A DNA stretch of 64,000 nucleotides from Macrostomum lignano (Eukaryota): NCBI GenBank assembly GCA_002269645.1, contig NIVC01000412.1, positions 310,001-374,000 of the forward strand, given 5' to 3'. The position numbers were made by a program, and so were the translations under genes. Every line of letters starts with the position of its first letter. The stretch's first letter is position 1. Below are positions 55,401 to 64,000 of this stretch, piece after piece. The notes beneath the pieces are model-generated. The model saw nothing but the letters and a program-made list of their open reading frames with translations, was not told the DNA's origin and made no database searches.

Positions 55401-55805
55401 ATGCTTATATCTTGTAGGCGATGTGACTTTCGCCTCTTGAAAAAGTGCAACACGCAAGCCCTGGCTACTTGCCCGAGACCCATTTTCTTGAATTAACAAT
55501 CTGAATCGAACATGACAGACAGTGAGTGGTCAGTGTACCTGGCAATCAGGACGGGCGTCGCAGGCCTGGGCGCAGAAGAGCTGCATCAACCACAGATGCT
55601 GCTCAGATGCACCAGCGTAGGCACCTCCGGGATGCAAGCAGCCCGGCCAGGGCAGCCGTAGCTGATGCTGGGTTGCCAGGCAGTCTCGGATGAGGCGTTT
55701 GGAAAAACTCCATCGAGAATCGAACCCGGTACCGCAGTTGCCATTGGCAGTTGCCATGACAACATAGTTCGGCAGGTAGGCCAGAATAATAGCTATCAGA
55801 TGCAT
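49427..55805 (-). CDS. Secreted PAN/apple + C-type lectin domain protein (~292 aa, 3 exons)
   Basis: Exons 55539-55805, 49737-50192 and 49427-49582 are all phase 0. Signal-like MHLIAIILAYLPNYVVMATA. A PAN-like LFCAQACDARPDCQ|GFIAELELLSCRL spans the first junction. CTL region SFEEQQAAC...RLAQID...LWVAAR...WVW..|VNSTLWISDEPNN...LADW...RAVCQ. Confidence 0.82.
50860..51226. repeat. 62-bp tandem repeat, ~6 copies
   Basis: Unit TTAATGCAAATTAGCGGGCAGTTAATGACATTTAACGCCCGATTGTCTATGTCAAACTTACT; period 62 (50921 vs 50983). Confidence 0.95.
52356..53063 (+). mobile_element. Cassette X: ~110-bp TIRs enclosing a degenerate Tc1/mariner-like N-terminal HTH region
   Basis: Arms 52356-52474 and 52953-53063. 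The interior reads VIEALDRSEHPKGIARLLNVKEKMVYSI (paired-like HTH) and, after frameshifts/stops, AVETNP...EMQQKLKEQF*LAI...SAARALEKRL. No DDE domain. Confidence 0.55.
53262..53990 (+). CDS. Truncated Crypton-type tyrosine recombinase (N-terminal core-binding part; catalytic domain missing)
   Basis: 242-codon ORF with ATEYYVGKLQSFM...TPREIDSLLRYFYGSLRKRNGEYFAPATLICIRAALYRHF...INILTDDAFYASNTTL...HFQSIEPVDLKRLSDYFNRKSPEVL, typical of Crypton / KCTD1-ZMYM-QRICH1 (DUF3504-associated) proteins. Homology ends at ~53900, where the ORF runs into the right TIR. Confidence 0.82.
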   Translation: MAEPPTKVRLLNLSKFPNEMISGLSTNEIDDILNEPDNLPESAIDREEEDLLEAIFKKIPDEEAELLELEQLVSEIEDTAASKSVTKATEYYVGKLQSFMENHPSVQRDLATSTPREIDSLLRYFYGSLRKRNGEYFAPATLICIRAALYRHFMLTRRINILTDDAFYASNTTLKSMGRIFIARGGRARHFQSIEPVDLKRLSDYFNRKSPEVLLTFRALHARVRRTLVAFTQIENCHRHLH

Positions 55806-55974
55806 TCTGCTGTTGGAGTAGAGATTCTCTTTCTCGCAGAATATTTTTTTAAGCCCAACTGATTCCAGCTGCTAAAATGCTAGGCAAGACGACCAATGAG
55901 ATCCGTCCTGCCAAGCTTAACCCGGCTAACTGACTGGGAAACAGGTTCTGTGCTTCAGGATGGACTGACAAATA

Positions 55975-57065
<1,091 letters not shown>

Positions 57066-57469
57066 TAGATAGCTCGTGGATAGTGACGAATGAAAAAAAT
57101 TTCTGCAGACAGGGGCGTTGAGAGGGTCCGGCCTATGCAAATGGGTGCACAGCTGAAGAGGGTCGCATTCCAGCAGCTGCTTGAATTACAAGCCGGCAAA
57201 TACTCGCGCGAGCGAACTGATGGCTGATTGACAAGTGCTCAAATACTTCTCTAAAAGCAGCTGGTAGCCAAGCGAAGCCTTTTCATTATTTTTGAGTCAA
57301 CACTCTACCTGTCACTTGGCTGTTAGGCTTTAGGTGTGACTTCGCACTTAAAATGCCTGACGGTGAGTTGGTGCTCATCAACTTGGTTATGAATAATACT
57401 TTAAATCTAAAGTGTTTGTTTTAGACAGGACGATGCGTCTAATTAAAAAACCTTCGTCTAATAAAGGAT

Positions 57470-58550
57470 AGCGGCGTCTAATTTAGGACAGCGGCGCTTA
57501 ATTTAAGATAGTCTCACCTAATTTAGGATAGCTTCGCCTAATTTAGGACAGCTTCGCCTATTTTAGGACAGCTTCGACTAATTTAAGATAGCTTCGCCTA
57601 ATTTAAGATAGCCTCGCCTAATTTAGGATAGCTTTGCCTAATTTAAGATAGCTTCGCTTAATTTAGGATAGCCTCACCTAATTTAGGATAGCTTCGCCTA
57701 ATTTAGGATGGCTGCGCCTAATTTAGGATAGCTTCGCCTAATTTAGGACAGCTTTGCCTATTTTAGGACAGCTTCGACTAATTTAGGATAGCTGCACCTA
57801 ATTTAGGATAGCTTCGCCTAATTTAGGATAGCTTCGATTAAGTTAGGATAGCTTCGCCTAATTTAGGATAGCTGCGCGTAATTTAGGATAGCTTCGCCTA
57901 ATTTAAGATAGCTTCGCCTAATTTAGGACAGCTTTGCCTATTTTAGGACAGCTTCGACTAATTTAGGATAGCTGCACCTAATTTAGGATAGCTTCGCCTA
58001 ATTTAGGATAGCTTCGATTAAGTTAGGATAGCTTCGCCTAATTTAGGATAGCTTTGCCTATTTTAGGACAGCTTCGACTAATTTAGGATAGCTGCACCTA
58101 ATTTAGGATAGCTTCGCCTAATTTAGGATAGCTTCGATTAAGTTAGGATAGCTTCGCCTAATTTAGGATAGCTGCGCGTAATTTAGGATAGCTTCGCCTA
58201 ATTTAAGATAGCTGCGCGTAATTTAGGATAGCTTCGCCTAATTTAGGATAGCTGCGCCTAATTTAGGATAGCTTCGCCTAATTTAGGATAGCTTCGCCTA
58301 ATTTAGGATAGCTTCGCCTAATTTAGGATAGCTGCGCCTAATTTAGGATAGCTTCGCCTAATTTAGGATAGCTTCGCCTAATTTAGGACAGCTTTGCCTA
58401 TTTTAGGACAGCTTCGACTAATTTAGGATAGCTTCGCCTAATTTAGGATAGCTGCGCCTAATTTAGAAGAATATCTGCACCTAATTTAGGACAGCGGCGC
58501 TAAATTTAGGATAGCGGCGCCTAATTTAGGATAGCTTCGCCTAATTTAAA
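57470..58550. repeat. 20-bp minisatellite (CGCCTAATTTAGGATAGCTT)n
   Basis: Direct reading; flanking units read GGCGCCTAATTTAGG. Confidence 0.98.
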
Positions 58551-59094
58551 CAGCGCACACTTTCTGCGATTACCCAGTTGTGAAAACAAGGAATTTTCCT
58601 CCGCCCACTGAATCCCATCTGTTTCCACAGTCCCGCGTGCTTCAGCTACTGCCAATGCAAGATCCATTGTTTTCAACGACATAAGTAATCAGCTATAGAA
58701 GGCACTTCACGCTAATGCATTCGTCCGACAAAAAATTTAACACGCGTTGCTAAGCTTCCCACTTGTATCAACAAATATGCATTTATTGACCCCATTATGA
58801 GGAACCAATTAGAAAAAATTCCTAAAAAGGTAAAAAAAATCAGGACTTAAGGACACGAAAAGCATTTTAGCTCGTATGAGGAATTGTATAAATGGCTTAA
58901 TGGCTTGAGAATAGCAAAACGATATATTTCATTGATAATAGTGCAATATGTAGAAGGTAATTGCAATATACAGAACTAATAGAGAAACAGGTACGCTTGC
59001 CTGTCGATTAGCCAGTGATAAAATTGTGGCAATCAATTTTTAACATAGCATTAAATATATATTTCTTCTCCAACATCACACATGCCTACCCCTA

Positions 59095-59395
59095 GACACC
59101 AACCTCACTGCTGCCCCAACCCCCACTGAGACACCAACCTCACTCCTGCCCCAGCCCCAACTGAGACACCAACCTCACTCCTGCCCCAACCCCCACTGAG
59201 ACACCAACCTCACTGCTGCCCCAACCCCCACTGAGACACCAACCTCACTCCTGCCCCAACCTCCACTGATACACCAACCTCACTCCTGCCCCAGCCCCAA
59301 CTGAGACACCAACCTCACTCCTGCCCCAACCCCCACTGAGACACCAACCTCACTCCTGCCCCAGCCCCCACTGAGACACAAGCCTCACTCCTGCT
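59095..59395. repeat. ~37-bp C-rich minisatellite (CCCACTGAGACACCAACCTCACTCCTGCCCCAAC)
   Basis: About 8 copies. Confidence 0.95.
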
Positions 59396-59703
59396 CCAAA
59401 CTGACAAGTTACTTGGTAAAAAAGTGGAAGGCCTTAATCAGATAACAGTTTTAAATTTAAATTATTTTTAACTACGTGGTGTCATGATTTTTTATCAAAA
59501 GAATACAAAACAATCGTGTTTTAAACAATTCCACCAGTATAACCACAAGCCCAATTAGTTTAAGATCTCGAATACGAATATTGTAGGACATAATTTATTA
59601 AATTTTGTACTATACCGTTCTGCATAATGAAACCAACGACAATTAAATGCTATTCTCTGGCTATCTATTCGGTCATTATAAATCTTTTACAAAAATTTAT
59701 GTA

Positions 59704-62700
59704 CTATCTTTGACCGACTCCAAAGCCAGACTTTCGACCAACAGTTGACGCGCTTTGCTGATTGCTGCTACCATTGTTAGACACGGACGATGCGGCCGCC
59801 GTATACAGCCGGGCGTAGGGATGAAACCGATTGGCGCCAGCTGAACTAGCCGCGCTGGTGGCACCGACAGTTGCTGTTGTGGCAGCGGCGGAGGAGGCGG
59901 CTGCACCAGCAGTCAGGAAGGCGTTTCGTCTTGGCGGCTCGGCTAGCGGAGGTGGCGGCTGCTGCTGCTGCGACTGCTTCGACGCTTGCCGGACTGCTAA
60001 CAGAGGCGTTGAAGAGGCGGCAATCGGCGCTGATGTCTGCTGCTGCATCAGCGGTTGCACTTTATTATTATTGCTAGTGCTGCTGCCGCTCGCATTGCCG
60101 CTTGCTGCTGCAGCAGAGCCAGACGCATTCTTTAAAAAGCCGCGAATACCGTCAAGTTTCGGCGGAGGCTGCTGCTGCTGCCGCTGCGCACTGGCGGTCG
60201 TTGATGAGGCATACCGCAGCTCGGACAGAACGCTGCCAACTGCGCTAGCCACATCCGGGGCGAGCCGCAACATTGGCTGCTGACTCATGACAGCAGCAGT
60301 TTGAGCCTGAGTACTGGCTGCTGAGATCAGACCCGACATCGACATCATTACGGCTGGCGGAGGCATGGATGGAATTGACGGCGGCCGAGAAGACAGAGAC
60401 GAGGCCAACGAGGCCGTGACAGCCGCGGAGGGAAAGCGACTGGCGGTCGGCAGAAACTGCGGCGGTTTCGGTGGAACTCCGCTGCCGCGCCTGCGACGCA
60501 GGTAGAGAGCGGCCAGGGGGCTGCACTGGCGGGGCCGGGGCACCGGGTGGTAGAAAGAGTTCTCGAACTCGTACAGGTAGGCCTGCGGACAGACAGGGGA
60601 ATGAGGGCTGACTGACACACAGATATGATGGTCTGAGGCACCTACTGACTGACACACAGATATGATGCCCTGAGGCACCTACTGACTGACACACAGATAT
60701 GATGCCCTGAGGCACCTACTGACTGACACACAGATATGATGGCCTGAGACACCTACTGACTGACACACAGATATGATGGCCTGAGACACCTACTGACTGA
60801 CACACAGATATGATGGCCTGAGACACCTACTGACTGACACACAGATATGATGGCCTGAGACACCTACTGACTGACACACAGATATGATGCCCTGAGGCAC
60901 CTACTGACTGACACAGATATGATGGCCTGAGACACCTACTGACTGACACAGATATGATGGCCTGAGACACCTACTGACTGACACACAGATATGATGGCCT
61001 GAGGCACCTACTGACTGACACACAGATATGATGCCCTGAGGCACCTACTGACTGACACACAGATATGATGGCCTGAGGCACCTACTGACTGACACACAGA
61101 TATGATGGCCTGAGACACCTACTGACTGACACACAGATATGATGCCCAGAGGCACCTACTGACTGACACAGATATGATGCCCTGAGGCACCTACTGACTG
61201 ACACAGTTATGATGCCCTGAGGCACCTACTGACTGACACTGCAGAACTCACCAATGATCTGAGGTATTGGTCAGACAAAGAGTCGGTCCTGCCAGGCCTG
61301 ACATCGGGAATGTGGCAGTTAAACCCAGGACTAGGCGCTATAATAGCCATATCCTTAGGCGTGACGGGGGTCACTCGCCGGGTCCTGCCGAACATGAACT
61401 TGAACGCAACCAGTACAATCTGCTCGCCATCGTCTCCAGTCTCCAGCGCCGCCTCCTGCAGACAGACGTCGCCGTGTACGCACAGGTGAACACCGGAAAT
61501 GCAGTAGCCAAGCGAGTTAATTGGACAGAAGCGAACTTTGAGGCCTTCTCGTAGCGTTAGATCGACCAGCTCTTCGCTAGCCGCGGCCAGGAAGCCATAG
61601 TGAGTGGACAGCTCGTCCTGAGCCAGGCCTTGGCGCGAGAACTCGGCCCGCCTCTCTGGTGAAAAATAGTGGCAAGACAAATGGATGTTTGGCTAGTTTA
61701 AAAAAAGGAGACGTAACCCTTGGATGTCTTTATTTTATTGGGAAAAGGCGTCGCAAAATAGCGGCATAACCCTTTGATGTCTTTATTTTATTGGGAAAAG
61801 GCGTCGCAAAATAGCGGCATAACCCTTTGATGTCTTTATTTGACTGGGTAAAGGCGGCGCTGAATAGCGGCATAACCCTTTGGTGTCTTTATTTGACTGG
61901 GTAAAGGCGGCGCTGAATGGCGGCATAACCCCTTGATATTTCGTTTAATGAGTGAAGGAAACACTTAATGAGGGCACAATTCCAAGAAAAAAATTGATAC
62001 AAAAACTATTTGTTGTGCGGATGAAAGAGGCCTTGGCTCAAATTTGAAAGATGCATTTTATCTTTCAAACGCCAAATGATCCATCTTTGACATTAAGATG
62101 AAACGAGACCTGAGCATCCGATACATACTCTTGCCTTACCCAAGCCCTTGTTAAAAGCAAATTGATTGTGCTTCTAACAAGTCGACGAGTAGGCTGAGAA
62201 TTAATTTGAGGATTCAGTGATCACAAGGACCTCAGGAGCGGAGAGGAAGAGCGGATTCTTAAGGACAGAGGGGGAGCGGAGAGGCAGATTCTCAAGGGGA
62301 GCTGAGAGGCAGATTCTCAAGGACAGAGGGGGAGTGGAGAGGCAGATTCTCAAGGAAAGAGGGGGAGTGGAGAGGCAGATTCTCAAGGACAGAGGGGGAG
62401 CTGAGAGGCAGATTCTCAAGGGGAGCTGAGAGGCAGATTCTTAAGGACAGAGGGGGAGTGGAGAGGCAGATTCTCAAGGAAAGAGGGGTAGTGGAGAGGC
62501 AGATTCTCAAGGACAGAGGGGGAGCGGAGAGGCAGATTCTCAAGGACAGAGGGGGAGTGGAGAGGCAGATTCTCAAGGAAAGAGGGGGAGTGGAGAGGCA
62601 GATTCTCAAGGAAAGAGGGGGAGCTGAGAGGCAGATTCTCAAGGAAAGAAGGGGGAACGGAGAGGCAGATTCTCAAGGACTGGGGGAACGGAGAGGCAGA

Positions 62701-63764
62701 TTCTCAAGGACAGAGGGGGAGCGGAGAGGCAGATTCTCAAGGAAAGAAGGGGGAGCGGAGAGGCAGATTCTCAAGGACTGGGGGAGTGGAGAGGCAGATA
62801 AAAACGTAGAAGCAATGCATAAAAATCATAATAAAAGCATGTTCGGACACTCCAGTTGCAAAAATGGCCAAACAGCAAATTCTAAGCCAAAAATTTGCCA
62901 AAAAGAAGCCAAGTATTAATCTAGCCATACCCAAGCCCTTGCGCAAGCCAGGAAAGCAAAGAATATTCCTCTTAGACAGGGGAAGATCTGAGCAGCTTTG
63001 CGCAAGTTGACGAGCAGGCAGTTATTTCAAATCAAAAGTTAAACAGTTTCGAATTCAAACATTTGCTAACAGTCATTTGTATATTAATTAGTTGACATTA
63101 AATTACATTACATAAATTCTACATTGAACTGTATCCAAAATACTCCAGCAAATCGCACAGCTAAAAGGATAGAACAATGCGATTAAATATGAATCTGGGA
63201 TATTTAAGGATAAATTAATGTTGCACAAGCGTCCCCTCGCAAAGGCATTATTGATATAGTTATAAGCAACTTTGCAAGTTTACTTTCTGTGCCACAAGAT
63301 ACTTTTAGTAGTGCATATCGAATATTTCCTTAAAAATATGTAGACTTGTAAACCCGAGTTTAAAAAAGCGGAACTACCTGGTACCAATGAGACGAATCTA
63401 GCCTCACTGACTAAAGGATCATAAATTTAGGATGAGTTCAGGCCTAGGATCAAGATAGAATGGAGCTGCTGAGATGCCAAATCTTACCTGAAAACTCCTC
63501 CTCAAAGTAGCCATTCTCCAGCATTTCCAGTTTCACCAGGCGCCACTGATCTAGGGTGGCTGATGGAGGATTCAAGAAGCTGTCAACAAAGCCGCGAAAA
63601 ATTTGAGTGGCATAATCAGATCCAAGGTTGACAGCCTCGCGAATAACTAAAATTTAATTTCAGAATGACAAGTTTCCATTTATTGACCATAATGAGTCTT
63701 AAACATAAAATATACTGTCAGTATAAGCTGATAGCTTACCTCTTCGCGAGGAGTACTTGTCCAT
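59704..63764 (-). CDS. DUF3715 (TASOR/TEX15-type pseudo-PARP) domain protein with a low-complexity tail (~488 aa, 4 exons)
   Basis: Exons 63740-63764, 63488-63646, 61252-61655 and 59704-60582 are phase-compatible and total 1467 nt. Reads FVDSFLNPPS...LENGYFEEEFSERRAEF...ELSTHYGFL...REGLKV...INSLG...GVHLCVHGD...LVAFKFMFGR...PSPGFNCHI...|AYLYEFE...RPRQCSPLAAL, collinear with my recollection of the TASOR/TEX15 DUF3715 domain. Confidence 0.88.
60610..61240. repeat. 37-bp minisatellite (GACTGACACACAGATATGATGGCCTGAGACACCTACT)n
   Basis: Fills intron 60583-61251; period 37. Confidence 0.98.
61720..61930. repeat. ~52-bp tandem repeat, ~4 copies
   Basis: CATAACCCTTTGATGTCTTTATT...GGCG(T/G)CGC..AATAGCGG units. 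Confidence 0.9.
62225..62800. repeat. ~33-bp purine-rich minisatellite (GAGAGGCAGATTCTCAAGGACAGAGGGGGAGTG)
   Basis: 11-aa periodicity ERQILKDRGGV. Confidence 0.96.
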
Positions 63765-64000
63765 ATATAGGAAAAACAATTAAATGTTGATGCACAATGG
63801 TACAGTCAGACTGAAAATGTATAGAAATTCAATTTAATCAACTGTAAACGAAATTAAAGCTTGACAGCATACTCAAACAGATGGTCACATATTCATATTA
63901 ACCAAGTTAAAAAATATAGAATATAAAAAAACTCATAATAATGTCAATGAACATATTTGTCACTCTTAACCAAACTAGCTTGAGGCATTTAATGAAAGCA

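Noticed and set aside
57070-57210. Exon-like GC-rich stretch after the GATA array
   Set aside because: Plausible peptides on both strands, with no partner exons identified.

Overview
Eukaryotic (metazoan) genomic DNA. GC-rich spliced exons with poly-Q/P/A tracts alternate with AT-rich spacers, and about a third of the window (my rough sum, ~23 kb) is micro/minisatellite. This architecture resembles the flatworm Macrostomum, but that is inference only. Most ORFs in the supplied track are read-throughs of tandem repeats. Manual splicing gives these genes: a secreted WSC-domain protein (240-1206, -, partial), an uncharacterised 5-exon gene (4158-8137, +), an Ldb1/Chip orthologue (12568-15361, -), an uncharacterised gene ending KKKNCCC (25829-26739, +), a possible small membrane protein (30356-31466, -), a 6-exon espin/forked-like gene (34179-42618, -), a secreted PAN/apple + C-type lectin gene (49427-55805, -) and a stand-alone DUF3715 (TASOR/TEX15-type pseudo-PARP) gene (59704-63764, -). 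Mobile DNA includes two copies of a tRNA-derived SINE, several MITE/foldback elements, Helitron-like non-autonomous copies, a 1052-bp TG...CA palindromic element with a 4-bp TSD, and an hAT remnant. The most unusual structure is a 1.7-kb composite in the PAN-CTL intron (52338-54053). A palindromic scaffold with a perfect 40-bp centre carries two different inverted-repeat-flanked cassettes at mirror-equivalent sites. One holds a Tc1/mariner-like HTH remnant; the other holds an uninterrupted but truncated Crypton-type tyrosine recombinase ORF. No rRNA, tRNA or CRISPR array is supported.
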